From positions 48,975 to 112,974 of the forward strand of contig CAZJWR010000003.1 of NCBI GenBank assembly GCA_964549765.1: a DNA stretch of 64,000 bases, read 5' to 3'. Below the pieces are notes generated by a model. It was not told the DNA's origin. It ran no database searches and saw only the letters and a list, made by a program, of their open reading frames with translations. Below, piece after piece: positions 1 to 10,756 of this stretch; the first letter of the stretch is position 1; every line of letters starts with the position of its first letter. Source of the DNA: an uncultured Ignavibacteriales bacterium (GTDB taxonomy: Bacteria; Zixibacteria; MSB-5A5; GN15; JAAZOE01). Made by a program: the position numbers and the translations under genes.

Positions 1-261
1 AGAAAGGAGCGTCTATGCGTACGCCAAGATCATATAATTGTTATTCCCGATATCAACGATTACCATCACTCGCTACTGCCCAATTTGGCGACGCGCGAAA
101 ATGAAAAAATGAACAAACGAACCCATTTCGGTGTAACTCCAAGGCGTCAAGCGCCTTGCCCGGAATTTCGTTTTTTGGCTTTCCATCCATAGTGGTAACT
201 GAACCACAAAACCACAACGGGTGCTCCGGCCTTAAGGGAAAAATGCTTGCATCAAAAAAAC

Positions 262-290
262 TTGCCATTGAAAACGATGTCTTTTATGAT
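262..290 (+). promoter_or_regulatory. sigma-70-like promoter TTGCCA-17nt-TATGAT upstream of the YeiH-like gene
   Basis: Hexamers TTGCCA (262-267) and TATGAT (285-290) with a 17-nt spacer, about 48 nt upstream of the ATG at 338. AAGGAG RBS precedes the ATG. Confidence 0.4.
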
Positions 291-337
291 ACGATTAACG
301 TAGATCAATCTCACTTGCTGAGGTAAGGAGACATCTC

Positions 338-1909
338 ATGGGCAGAGGCATGAATTCCCTGTGGAAAACCGAAGATTGGTGGGCGGTATGGTTCGGGATC
401 GGAATCGTATTTGTGGCGCTCATCGCCTTCTGGGCCGGCGGCAGCATTTCCCGATTGGCGGCGCTTCCCTCCAGCTGGACCGGGCTTAATGCCATCGGAA
501 ACGACTTGGCCAAAAATATCGGCAGTTATGCAATATTAATGGTCTTTTTCGGTGTTGTCTTCTCTTTCTCCCTGAGACTTATGGGAGTGTCATTGCGCCA
601 ATTCATCCCGGGTTTTCTGATCCTGTTCGTTTCGTCGCTCATTATCTTCTATCTGTCGGGCTGGAAGGTAATGAAGGACCTCAACATCGAGGCGCCCCTG
701 ATGGCGTTGATCGTCGGCCTGCTGATATCCAACGTATTCAAAATGCCCGAGTGGTTCAAAACGTCGTTGCGCACCGAATACTATATCAAAACCGGTATCG
801 TCCTGCTGGGAGCCACGCTGCCGTTGACGTTGATTTTCAGTGCCGGTCCTATCGCCTTTCTGCAGGCGACGCTGGTTTCGGTGATCACGTGGCTGACGAT
901 TTTTCTGGCGGCGACAAAAATCTTCAAGCTCGAACCCCGCTTCGCGGCGGTCCTCGGCGCGGGCGGAGCCGTATGCGGTGTATCGGCTTCGATAGCAGTC
1001 GGGGGTTCCGTCAAGGCGCGCAAAGATCATATTTCAATCGGCATCGCCGTGGTCACGGTCTGGGCCATTGTCATGATTCTTTTTCTGACTATTCTCCTGA
1101 AACAGCTCGTCCCGGACAAAATGCACCCGGCGGTCGCCGGGGCATGGGTGGGGACTTCGGAATTTGCTGACGCCGCCGGATTAGCGGTTGTGGCCGAGCT
1201 GGCGACCCGTTTCGGAGATGCCCCGATCAACGCCTTCACCCTTATGAAAGTTATCGGGCGCGATATCTGGATCGGCATATGGTGTTTGATCCTTGCCGTC
1301 GTTTCCGTCATTTATTGGGAAAAAGGCCGCGAATCGGCGCGAGGCAGCGTCGGGGCCGGGATTATCTGGCAACGCTTCCCAAAATTCGTGATCGGGTTTC
1401 TGGCGGCCTCGATACTAATGAGTGTCGTATCGAGCCGGGCTCCGAGCGATCATATGGGAATCGCAAAATGGCAGGGGAAATTTAAAAATGTAGCATACAC
1501 TGCTGATTTCTCCGATTATCAGATCCCTCCCGCTCTGGCCGATCGGATGACCGTCGACCCAGCCAACCAGACCTTGCATTTCGCCGGCCGAATGTCATAT
1601 GAGCAAATCAAAACCTTATCCGCGGCGGCCACCGGTCAGGATCAGATATGGGCCCTCAACCAACTGCAATTCAGTTCATCGTGGTTCGATAGCGTCCTTA
1701 CTCCGCAGGTGATCAAACCCATCAAAAACTTGCGGACGTGGGCATTCGTGCTGTGCTTCCTTTGCATCGGGTTGTCGACGCGGTTTGCCGAGCTTTTCAC
1801 TTTTGGGGTAAAGCCCTTCTGGGCGTTCACCATCGGGGTGCTCGTCAATGTCCCGTTGGGATTTTTCCTCTCGACGGTTGTCTTCGCGGACTTCTGGTCG
1901 AAACTCTGA
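338..1909 (+). CDS. YeiH/UPF0324-family membrane transporter (putative sulfate exporter family) with an inserted soluble segment
   Basis: Polytopic membrane protein. GAGGAVCGVSASIAVG, GTSEFADAAG and LMKVIGRD blocks align by eye with E. coli YeiH (GAGSSICGAAAV, GSTVHEVAQ, ISKMLRV). AAGGAG RBS lies 8 nt upstream. Confidence 0.7.
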   Translation: MGRGMNSLWKTEDWWAVWFGIGIVFVALIAFWAGGSISRLAALPSSWTGLNAIGNDLAKNIGSYAILMVFFGVVFSFSLRLMGVSLRQFIPGFLILFVSSLIIFYLSGWKVMKDLNIEAPLMALIVGLLISNVFKMPEWFKTSLRTEYYIKTGIVLLGATLPLTLIFSAGPIAFLQATLVSVITWLTIFLAATKIFKLEPRFAAVLGAGGAVCGVSASIAVGGSVKARKDHISIGIAVVTVWAIVMILFLTILLKQLVPDKMHPAVAGAWVGTSEFADAAGLAVVAELATRFGDAPINAFTLMKVIGRDIWIGIWCLILAVVSVIYWEKGRESARGSVGAGIIWQRFPKFVIGFLAASILMSVVSSRAPSDHMGIAKWQGKFKNVAYTADFSDYQIPPALADRMTVDPANQTLHFAGRMSYEQIKTLSAAATGQDQIWALNQLQFSSSWFDSVLTPQVIKPIKNLRTWAFVLCFLCIGLSTRFAELFTFGVKPFWAFTIGVLVNVPLGFFLSTVVFADFWSKL

Positions 1910-1976
1910 GAAATAAGGTGAAAGCGTAAAATGGTTTCGACTTATTTATGTAATAAAAATTGTATTTATAAATATA

Positions 1977-3116
1977 TTAGGCGGCAGCGGTGATGGCATC
2001 GAATTCGCGGAGCAGTTCTTTCTGGCGTTCGGTCAATTTCGTCGGGACTTTGACGTGGACGGCCACCAGAAGGTCGCCCTTCTTGTCGCCGACGGCCAGA
2101 CCGAGACCTTTCAGACGCAGGACCGTCTCCGGCTGCGTGCCGGGTTTGATCGTAACGTTGATTTTTTTGGTCAACGCCTGCACGGTCACTTTGGTGCCCA
2201 GCGCCGCCTGCGGAAACGTGAGATCCACCGCGGTGCGTATGTCGTTGCCTTCACGCTGATATTTTTCGTCTGTCATAACGTTCACCTTTATGATAAGATC
2301 GCCGGTCGGTCCGCTGGCAGCGCCAGGGTATCCCAGACCCCGCAGGCGGATCGTCTCGCCGTTTTTAATTCCGGCGGGAATTTTGACCCGGATCGTTTTT
2401 TTCTTCTTGATTGTGCCCGCGCCGTTGCATTTCGGGCAGGTCTGTCCCGGAAGCACGCCGCGCCCCAGGCACGACGGGCACGGCCGGGAGATAGAGAAAT
2501 TACCCTGCACATGGGTTACCTGACCGGAACCGTGGCATCGCGGGCAGACCGTCTCCCCCGCTCCGGCAACGGTGCCCTGGCCGCCGCAGGCGTCGCATGT
2601 TTGGGGAACGCCGAGGCGAATTTTTCGGGATGTGCCCAATGCAGCCTGCGAGATGCTGATGTCCAACTCGGCGCGGACGTCGCGGCCTTTCTGCGGACCG
2701 GCCTGCCCACGTCCGAAGGGACTACGCCGACGAGCGCGGACATTGTCTCCGAATATGGAACTGAATATATCGCCCAGTCCGCCGCCGCGGAACAGGTCGT
2801 TGATATTGAAACGGTCGCCGAAAACCTGCGAAAAGTCGGCGTCGGTATAGAACCGCCCGCCGCCGGGGAAACCGCCTTGCTGCGGCCCGCCGCCGAATCC
2901 GCCGAATTTACGCATGTTGTCGTACTGGCGGCGTTTCTCGTCGTCGTTGAGGACCTGATAAGCCTCGGAAATTTCCTTGAATTTCTCCTCGGCGGCTTTG
3001 TCGCCTTTGTTGCGGTCCGGATGGTATTTTTTGGCCAGTGTGCGATATTTCTTTTTTATCTCGTCCTTGTCGGCGTTTTCGCTGACACCGAGGACTTGAT
3101 AATAATCCTTGGCCAT
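1977..3116 (-). CDS. dnaJ: molecular chaperone DnaJ (Hsp40, type I)
   Basis: N-terminal J domain (DYYQVLGV...[11 protein letters not shown]), G/F-rich region, four CxxCxGxG zinc-finger repeats and a C-terminal substrate-binding domain. Confidence 0.97.
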   Translation of the reverse strand: MAKDYYQVLGVSENADKDEIKKKYRTLAKKYHPDRNKGDKAAEEKFKEISEAYQVLNDDEKRRQYDNMRKFGGFGGGPQQGGFPGGGRFYTDADFSQVFGDRFNINDLFRGGGLGDIFSSIFGDNVRARRRSPFGRGQAGPQKGRDVRAELDISISQAALGTSRKIRLGVPQTCDACGGQGTVAGAGETVCPRCHGSGQVTHVQGNFSISRPCPSCLGRGVLPGQTCPKCNGAGTIKKKKTIRVKIPAGIKNGETIRLRGLGYPGAASGPTGDLIIKVNVMTDEKYQREGNDIRTAVDLTFPQAALGTKVTVQALTKKINVTIKPGTQPETVLRLKGLGLAVGDKKGDLLVAVHVKVPTKLTERQKELLREFDAITAAA

Positions 3117-3123
3117 CTATCTA

Positions 3124-3747
3124 TCACTTCCCTTGCTGTGCTATTTTGAAGATGACGGTCAGGTGCAGATTGTCGATATGCACACGCATCCGCCATCCAT
3201 CGGCGGTATTCGATGGGATATCCACCGTGGCTGCCTTACGGTATTCTTCCTCGCCGGTACCACCGCATCGACTACAGGTCTTCCACAACGGTTTCCCGAA
3301 GCCCATACAATGACGGCATTTTCGCATCAGCGGCAAATCGAGCTTCAGCCGTCCGCCGCGGGCGGCTTCGGCCGGCGACAACTCGATGAACAGATCAAGG
3401 TATTCGGGCGCATCGAGATTAAACAACGTCAGAAATCCGTCGCGGAAATCATCGAACAGATCCTGCACCCGGTTGCGCTCGCGGTCGATCTCGACCCGCA
3501 TGTAATAATCATGCGAATCGGCCGTCGTTGGCGCCTGGTTTCGCCCGGTGAGCTGTTCGTAGGCGATCAGCACCCGGCGAAACCGGTCATCGGGGCCGCC
3601 GGTGATATCCGGATGATACTTCTTTGCCAGACGCCGGAAGGCGCGCTTGATTTCATCCGACGATGCATCGCGGCCGATACCGAGTATTTCGAACGGATCG
3701 ATTGACATATCCATCACCAAAGTATACGTAACCGCCGTCGTAGTCAA
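3124..3747 (-). CDS. J-domain protein with a minimal zinc finger (truncated DnaJ paralog)
   Basis: J domain with HPD (DPFEILGIGRDAS...KKYHPDITGG). Only two Cys-pair motifs (CRHCMGFG, CSRCGGTG) and no G/F region. Start is uncertain: TTG at 3747 or an ATG 33-39 nt downstream, none with a clear RBS. Confidence 0.75.
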   Translation of the reverse strand: MTTTAVTYTLVMDMSIDPFEILGIGRDASSDEIKRAFRRLAKKYHPDITGGPDDRFRRVLIAYEQLTGRNQAPTTADSHDYYMRVEIDRERNRVQDLFDDFRDGFLTLFNLDAPEYLDLFIELSPAEAARGGRLKLDLPLMRKCRHCMGFGKPLWKTCSRCGGTGEEEYRKAATVDIPSNTADGWRMRVHIDNLHLTVIFKIAQQGK

Positions 3748-3766
3748 TCGTTCTCTTGCCCGTCAA

Positions 3767-3798
3767 AAGGGGGGGCGGCCTATAGGTCGGAAGGCCGC
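3767..3798 (-). terminator. terminator-like hairpin downstream of dnaK
   Basis: On the minus strand, GCGGCCT...AGGCCGC stem followed by CCCCCCCTTTT. It is the third of three consecutive hairpins in the dnaK/J-like intergenic region. Confidence 0.5.
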
Positions 3799-3800
3799 TG

Positions 3801-3847
3801 TTCCGCAGGGTCCTGATCCCGCCCGGCGGGATTGTGACCCTGCGGAA
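3801..3847 (-). other. 47-nt extended hairpin (12-bp outer stem plus 6-7-bp inner stem)
   Basis: TTCCGCAGGGTC...GACCCTGCGGAA pairs perfectly over 12 bp. Inner stem is ATCCCG/CGGGAT. Verified by manual pairing. Confidence 0.7.
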
Positions 3848-3859
3848 TTTGTTGGTGAA

Positions 3860-3902
3860 CCGCACGATCACACCGCCGCAAGGCGGCGGCAGGATCGTGC
3901 GG
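3860..3902 (-). other. 43-nt extended hairpin (10-bp outer stem plus 7-bp inner stem)
   Basis: CCGCACGATC...GATCGTGCGG outer stem and CCGCCGC/GCGGCGG inner stem. On the minus strand it shares the TTCCGCA 5' arm with the neighbouring hairpin. Confidence 0.7.
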
Positions 3903-3941
3903 AACACATCTGCTGGGAATTATGAGACAGTTCCTTCGCGT

Positions 3942-5870
<1,929 letters not shown>

Positions 5871-5945
5871 TCACATGCATAATTTGGGCTCCGAATGCAG
5901 TCGCCGCCGGAGCCCATGTATGTCGACCAAGACTCGACAAGATTA

Positions 5946-6377
5946 TTAGCTGATCTTGACGTCGATCTGCTTCGGCTTTTCCTCTTCCTTGAGAGGAAGC
6001 GTGACTTCCAGCAGACCGTTCTTGTAGTCGGCTGATATGCCGGATTTATCGATATTTTCCGGCAGCGTGAAGGAACGGGAGAAGGTCCCGTAGAAGCGTT
6101 CGGAACGAACCACTTCCCGCTTGTCCTCGTCGTTGCGCTTGCGCTCGCCGCTGATGGTCAGAGTATCGTTTTCGACCATCAATTTGATTTTGTCTTTTTC
6201 CATGCCCGATAGTTCGGCGACGATTTTGAACGCCCCGTCTTCCTTCATGAGATCCATCCGAACCGGGAACGATGCGTGGCCGTTCCAGGCGCGTCCAAAA
6301 TGATTGCGAACTCTGCGGTCGAAATCCCAGTCCGCGTCGAGCAGATTGCGCAGCTGATTGTATGTTACGAGAGACAT
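5946..6377 (-). CDS. Hsp20/alpha-crystallin family small heat-shock protein
   Basis: Alpha-crystallin core (VRMDLMKEDGAFKIVAELSGMEKDKIKL...GERK...ERFYGTFSRSFTLPENIDKSGISADYKNGLLEVTLPL). Start trimmed to the ATG at 6377, preceded by AGGAGAA. Confidence 0.92.
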   Translation of the reverse strand: MSLVTYNQLRNLLDADWDFDRRVRNHFGRAWNGHASFPVRMDLMKEDGAFKIVAELSGMEKDKIKLMVENDTLTISGERKRNDEDKREVVRSERFYGTFSRSFTLPENIDKSGISADYKNGLLEVTLPLKEEEKPKQIDVKIS

Positions 6378-6427
6378 AATCTTTTCTCCTTTCGATTTCT
6401 TTGCTTTGTTCAATGACCGATAATATA

Positions 6428-6442
6428 ACAAACAGCGTGCCA
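6428..6442 (-). promoter_or_regulatory. sigma-54-like -24/-12 element upstream of hsp20-dnaK
   Basis: Minus strand reads TTTTGGCACGCTGTTTGTTATA, i.e. TGGCACG-N4-TTGT. The -24 element is perfect; the -12 is TTGT instead of TTGC. It lies about 50 nt upstream of the hsp20 ATG. No properly spaced sigma-70 hexamers were found there. Confidence 0.45.
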
Positions 6443-6709
6443 AAATTTCTATTCGACTGCAGCACAATGAATTACGAATCACCTTGGAAATCAAGAGGCG
6501 TAAACTGATGTCAAAATGGCATTGCTATTCTGCCGTATTGGCTGCAATAACTGCCAATCATGTCATATCGGCAGTCATGATGACGATGGGCATGATTCGT
6601 GGTTTGTGAATCAACTACATCTCACGCGTGCAAGGTACGGGTGGGCCACCGTAGTTTGATTGCTTGAAGTCATGATTTATGAAACAGCCCCGTTGTGCTT
6701 AAATGGGAG

Positions 6710-7828
6710 TTATCCCTTGAAACAATACAGACGCTCTTTGCGATCAGAAACGAGTATCAACCCTCCGCCGACCTGGGCGGGCATGGTCACGGGGCCTTCC
6801 AAGCGCCTGCGGTCGATAAGCTCACCCGTGCTTCGGTCGAGGCTATAGAAGTGGCGATCATATGATCCGACTAGAACGGCGCCGTCATAGATCACCGGTG
6901 TGGCCGTAACGACCCCTTCAGTCTGATAGCGCCATATGATTTCGCCGGTGGTCTTCGCCAGGCAATACATGGCGCCGTCGGTGCCGCCGAAGAAAATTCG
7001 GGATTCCGTCTCGGCGACGCGACCGTGGATCTGAAAACCGATCGGCTGCTGCCAGACGATCAATCCGGTGGTTTTATCAACGGCATTCATGCTCCCGTCG
7101 GCGAGCCCGAAGTACAGGTATGATCCGACGGACAGATCGGAGACAATGCTATAATCGAATTGTGCGTCCCAAACAGGTTCGCCGTTGCCCGCCTCCAGCG
7201 CCCGGATCATGCCGTCGCCGTCACAATAGTATACCGTGGAACCGTCCGATACCGGGGACACGTCGACCAGTTCTTTCGATTTGACGCTCCAGAGCGTGTC
7301 CAGGCTGGGAAATGTGAATGCGGCCAGGCCTTCGGTGGTCCCGACGACAAGAATATCCGCAACCAGTATCGGCCCGGATCGAATGTTCCGGACGACACGT
7401 TTATCGATCCTGTTTCCGTTGTAGAGATTGGTTACGCTGACTTCACCGTAAGGAACTTTTCGAATGAAGACGAGAAGGGAGTCGGCTACAACCGTATTGA
7501 GTATGATGCCATGTCGTTTCTTTATCTGCGCCGCCCGGTCGCCGGTCGTGCGGTCATAGGCGAGGATACGGTCATGGGTCGATCTGAATACGACAAAACC
7601 GCCCGACGCCAGCAGGGGACTATCGGCAGACCCCTTTATCTTCTTTTCGTAGAGAAGATTTAAGCGTCCATCGAATGTATCGCTCGAAGCTGAGAATGTT
7701 TCGACGCCGGAGGCGACATATTTTGACGGCGGTGAAAGAAGCTCATTTTTTCGTGACAGGTTTTTCGAGGCGCAGCCGGTCAGGGCAAGTACGGCAATAA
7801 GCGGCGCAATCGGCAGGAATCTACGCAT
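6710..7828 (-). CDS. PQQ-like beta-propeller repeat lipoprotein (BamB-like)
   Basis: Lipoprotein signal MRRFLPIAPLIAVLALTGC. Repeated propeller motifs (ALEAGNGEPVWDAQ, AVDKTTGLIVWQQP, CLAKTTGEIIWRYQ, SLDRSTGELI). The ATG at 7828 overlaps the upstream stop by 1 nt (TAATG). Confidence 0.8.
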   Translation of the reverse strand: MRRFLPIAPLIAVLALTGCASKNLSRKNELLSPPSKYVASGVETFSASSDTFDGRLNLLYEKKIKGSADSPLLASGGFVVFRSTHDRILAYDRTTGDRAAQIKKRHGIILNTVVADSLLVFIRKVPYGEVSVTNLYNGNRIDKRVVRNIRSGPILVADILVVGTTEGLAAFTFPSLDTLWSVKSKELVDVSPVSDGSTVYYCDGDGMIRALEAGNGEPVWDAQFDYSIVSDLSVGSYLYFGLADGSMNAVDKTTGLIVWQQPIGFQIHGRVAETESRIFFGGTDGAMYCLAKTTGEIIWRYQTEGVVTATPVIYDGAVLVGSYDRHFYSLDRSTGELIDRRRLEGPVTMPAQVGGGLILVSDRKERLYCFKG

Positions 7829-10692
7829 TAGAAATTCCATCCGAAAAAGAACTGTGTTTCGGTGTGTTTGGAGATATGATGGAAATCGTGCCGTCGCGCG
7901 ATATCGAAGCGGAGAACAACCAGATACCCAAGAGCGACTCTGAACGAAACCCCGAAGGAACCTTTCCAGGGCTGCCACTTGTCGTCCCAGGCCGCCGCGA
8001 GATCGTGGAAAATGGCGCCCCGGATGCCCCGAAGATGGAAACTGCCCAGCGGGAATGCCACCAGGAAATCATTGATAAGCGGAAAGCGTAGTTCTTCGGA
8101 ATTGAACAGGATATTCCGATTATAGAAGGCCCGGCGGTCATAGCCGCGGAACGACCAGCTGCCGCCCAGGTATATCCGCTGCGGTTCGACCCCGGAGGAT
8201 GAAAACGCAAAGAAGCGGCTCGCGATACAGGACAGATATCCTATGCGAAGATAGTGGCGAATATCGGCCAGCGCCAGCCGGTTAAATTCCTGCTCGCTGC
8301 GGAAGTCATAGGTCCAGCCCACGGTCAGATTGACCCGCCGGCCCTCCAGCGGCCCGGTTGTTTCCCAAAGCGTGTTATCGGTGATGTAGCTCAGCGAAAA
8401 TGTCGTCGGGAGAGCGATGCGGCTGCGGCGAAAACCGACGTCCTTGTCGGAATATCGGGAAAATACGGTCGCCTCGAACCGGTCGAATTTGGAGATCGGG
8501 TAGCCGGCGAAAAGAACGCCGCCAACCTGACGTTCGTAATAATATCCTTCATAATCGTTATAATATTGATCATAAAGGTGGAAGGCGCCGACGCCCCAGT
8601 TCAGCCGCGCCGAACGACGCAGGTAGGTCACGGCGCCGTTGAAACTGGAAAGGAATTCGTCCTTGTTGCGGGCCGTGTTGGAGAGAAGGAAAATAAAAGT
8701 ATTATTGCCCAGCACGTCGCTCATGGCGACCTGGACGCCGCCCAGTGTTCCATAAACTTCATCGTACGCCACTGCCGATTGGGCAATATCCAGAGAATAA
8801 TCGGTGGCATACTTGACCGTGGTCGCCTTGGCGCCGGCGCCGATCTTGCCGGGGAACCATTCACTGTTGACGGGTGGTTCGGTTGCGGCAAACACCGGAG
8901 TGGCTTCTTCAATGGACATTTTGAAAATCTGGAATCCCCGGTTCTGGTAGGCGGAGAAGTATAGTTCATCCGGTTCATCCCCGAAGCGGGGATCATACGC
9001 CCCGGTGATGAAGTGTGTCATTTGAACCATGCCGCCGTCGGGATCGACGCTGAAAATATTGAAGGCGCTCTTATCGCCGCGGTCGGACGAAAACACGATC
9101 TGCGACCCATCGGGACTCTCGGTAGCGCCGCGATCATGGTAAGGACCGTAGGTCAGACGTTCGATGACCCTTTCATCGATCCGATAGCGGTAGAGCGCAA
9201 GATAACCGTCGTACCCCTCTCCCCCGCGATCGCTGGAAAATATAATGGAACGGCCGTCGTGGCCGAAACAGGGATCGACATCATAGTAGATGTCGTCAGT
9301 AAGCCGCGTCAGACCACCGGAGGTCAGATCGAGAATATAGAGATCGGAGTATCCCGATGACCGGCTGCCGGAGAAAACGACCCGTTTACCGTCGGGCGAA
9401 AAATGGGGCGAGGCGATGGCAACGAGGCTGTCAAACTGGTACTTCTCGGTGATCGACCGTTTCTCGATATCATAAAGGTATAGGACGTCTTTTTCCTTGG
9501 ACTTGGACGAGAAGGCCAAGAAACGATTGTCGTACTGGTCGACGCCGCTGGTCATGAGATGCAGCGATTCGAACCGGGCCGACAGGTCGCCTTTGATCAA
9601 CGTGATCGACCGGTCGCTGTCGCCGTCGGCGGGAATCATGTAGATGGCCGAATACCCTTCCTTGTTGGCCTTGTAGATAACCCACTGTTCCAGTTCGCCT
9701 CTCTTATTGGTGAGCGTAACCGGGACCGGCCTGACGGCGAATTGCCGCCGGGTCAGCCGGGTGGCTTTCTTGTCGGGAAGATCAAGCGAGGCGATCTGCG
9801 GGAAATATTTCTTCTTAAGAGAGTAGGTCCATTTTTCCGAGAGCGTGTTCAAATCGTCGCCAAGCGCATACTGCATAAGCTCGTCGAAGCGGCGGCTCAT
9901 GTCCCAGTCGTCGAACAGCCGCGTCAGTTTGTCTTCGCCGTATTCGGCCGAGATAAAATCGCATATCGACTGGCCGAGCTTGTACATGAAATACGATCCC
10001 TCGACCGTCCAGAGCTGTTCAATGGACGGCAGGGTGCCGTTGATGACCATGTCGCGGACGATCAGGTCGGCTTCGCTATCCCATTCCCGCGACCAGTGTT
10101 CGGCCAGCCCCTCGGTAAACCACAGAGGCGGGTAAGCGACCGAATTGCGCCCGTATTCGCGGGCGGTGCGGCTTATTTTGGCGATGGTGAAGACATGGAC
10201 GAGTTCATGGCGGATGACGCGATCGAAATCATAGAAGGAGCCGTTGTATGGGACAACCACGCGCCCCTTGATGAATTCGGTGAATCCGGCGACGTTTTCG
10301 GGCAGCAGCGACCACGTCACGTTGGTTTGCACGAAATAATTGGGATTGCTGTAGATGATCAGCGGAATTTTGGAATAGATCTCAAGATTAAATTTGGCGG
10401 CAAGGAGTCGATAAGAATCCTCGGCCGATTTGGCGGCGATTTCGGCCAGGTCGCCTTCACGGCTGTAGAAATAAATCTTGAAATGGTCGGTGGTCATGAC
10501 CTGCCAGTCGAAGGTGGTGTATTGGACCTTGTTTTTGCCGAAATAATATTGCGCCGACGCGGGCACGGCGGTGATAATCGCGAGGGCTGCGAGAACGAAG
10601 GCGAATATATATCTATGTCGAATCACTCGATATCCAGACAGAACATGGGTGACGTTTTCCACCCTTTTACTCACGGTACTATGACGTATCAT
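7828..10692 (-). CDS. outer-membrane fusion protein: MA-clan metallopeptidase-like domain, TolB-like beta-propeller, Omp85/surface-antigen-type C-terminal beta-barrel
   Basis: Signal/anchor segment, then HELVH plus a downstream WFTEGLAEHW glutamate. TolB/WD40-like repeats follow (SPDGKRVVFSGSR...DLYILDL, GHDGRSIIFSSDRGG, SPDGSQIVFSSDRGD). C-terminal barrel ends in FFFGWNF (terminal Phe). Confidence 0.65.
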   Translation of the reverse strand: MIRHSTVSKRVENVTHVLSGYRVIRHRYIFAFVLAALAIITAVPASAQYYFGKNKVQYTTFDWQVMTTDHFKIYFYSREGDLAEIAAKSAEDSYRLLAAKFNLEIYSKIPLIIYSNPNYFVQTNVTWSLLPENVAGFTEFIKGRVVVPYNGSFYDFDRVIRHELVHVFTIAKISRTAREYGRNSVAYPPLWFTEGLAEHWSREWDSEADLIVRDMVINGTLPSIEQLWTVEGSYFMYKLGQSICDFISAEYGEDKLTRLFDDWDMSRRFDELMQYALGDDLNTLSEKWTYSLKKKYFPQIASLDLPDKKATRLTRRQFAVRPVPVTLTNKRGELEQWVIYKANKEGYSAIYMIPADGDSDRSITLIKGDLSARFESLHLMTSGVDQYDNRFLAFSSKSKEKDVLYLYDIEKRSITEKYQFDSLVAIASPHFSPDGKRVVFSGSRSSGYSDLYILDLTSGGLTRLTDDIYYDVDPCFGHDGRSIIFSSDRGGEGYDGYLALYRYRIDERVIERLTYGPYHDRGATESPDGSQIVFSSDRGDKSAFNIFSVDPDGGMVQMTHFITGAYDPRFGDEPDELYFSAYQNRGFQIFKMSIEEATPVFAATEPPVNSEWFPGKIGAGAKATTVKYATDYSLDIAQSAVAYDEVYGTLGGVQVAMSDVLGNNTFIFLLSNTARNKDEFLSSFNGAVTYLRRSARLNWGVGAFHLYDQYYNDYEGYYYERQVGGVLFAGYPISKFDRFEATVFSRYSDKDVGFRRSRIALPTTFSLSYITDNTLWETTGPLEGRRVNLTVGWTYDFRSEQEFNRLALADIRHYLRIGYLSCIASRFFAFSSSGVEPQRIYLGGSWSFRGYDRRAFYNRNILFNSEELRFPLINDFLVAFPLGSFHLRGIRGAIFHDLAAAWDDKWQPWKGSFGVSFRVALGYLVVLRFDIARRHDFHHISKHTETQFFFGWNF

Positions 10693-10756
10693 GTTTCCAT
10701 TTCGCTTGATAATAAATTATATCGGTTTTGACGGCGGTCATGTCAAGAGGTGTTGT

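Noticed and set aside
15-104. A 29-codon ORF (MRTPRSYNCYSRYQRLPSLATAQFGDARK) at the window edge, with AAAGGAG 5 nt upstream.
   Set aside because: The composition is not protein-like, and it has no hydrophobic or structural pattern. It sits at the window edge, so its context is unknown. Most likely a chance RBS-ATG pairing.
2055-3149. Long antisense ORFs opposite well-supported genes: 2055-3149(+), 4956-5882(+), 9559-10731(+), 20366-21022(+), 21422-22270(+), 25907-26674(-), 40939-41931(-), 49707-50537(+), 54339-55256(+), 58406-59209(+).
   Set aside because: They lie antisense to, or out of frame with, genes that have clear family signatures. Their translations are Arg/Gly/Pro-rich and low in complexity, as expected for shadow ORFs in GC-rich DNA. 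None has a recognisable motif or RBS.
6380-6709. Search for CIRCE, ROSE/fourU thermometers or a sigma-32-type promoter upstream of hsp20, and for clustered CTGCC/GGCAG repeats at about 6520-6590.
   Set aside because: No TTAGCACTC-N9-GAGTGCTAA-like repeat is present, and no anti-SD pairing in the short leader. The GGCAG-containing sequences at 6520-6590 have the wrong GG-to-GC spacing (N8 rather than N10) for sigma-54 promoters. The imperfect palindrome TGCCAATCATG/TCATATCGGCA is too degenerate to interpret.
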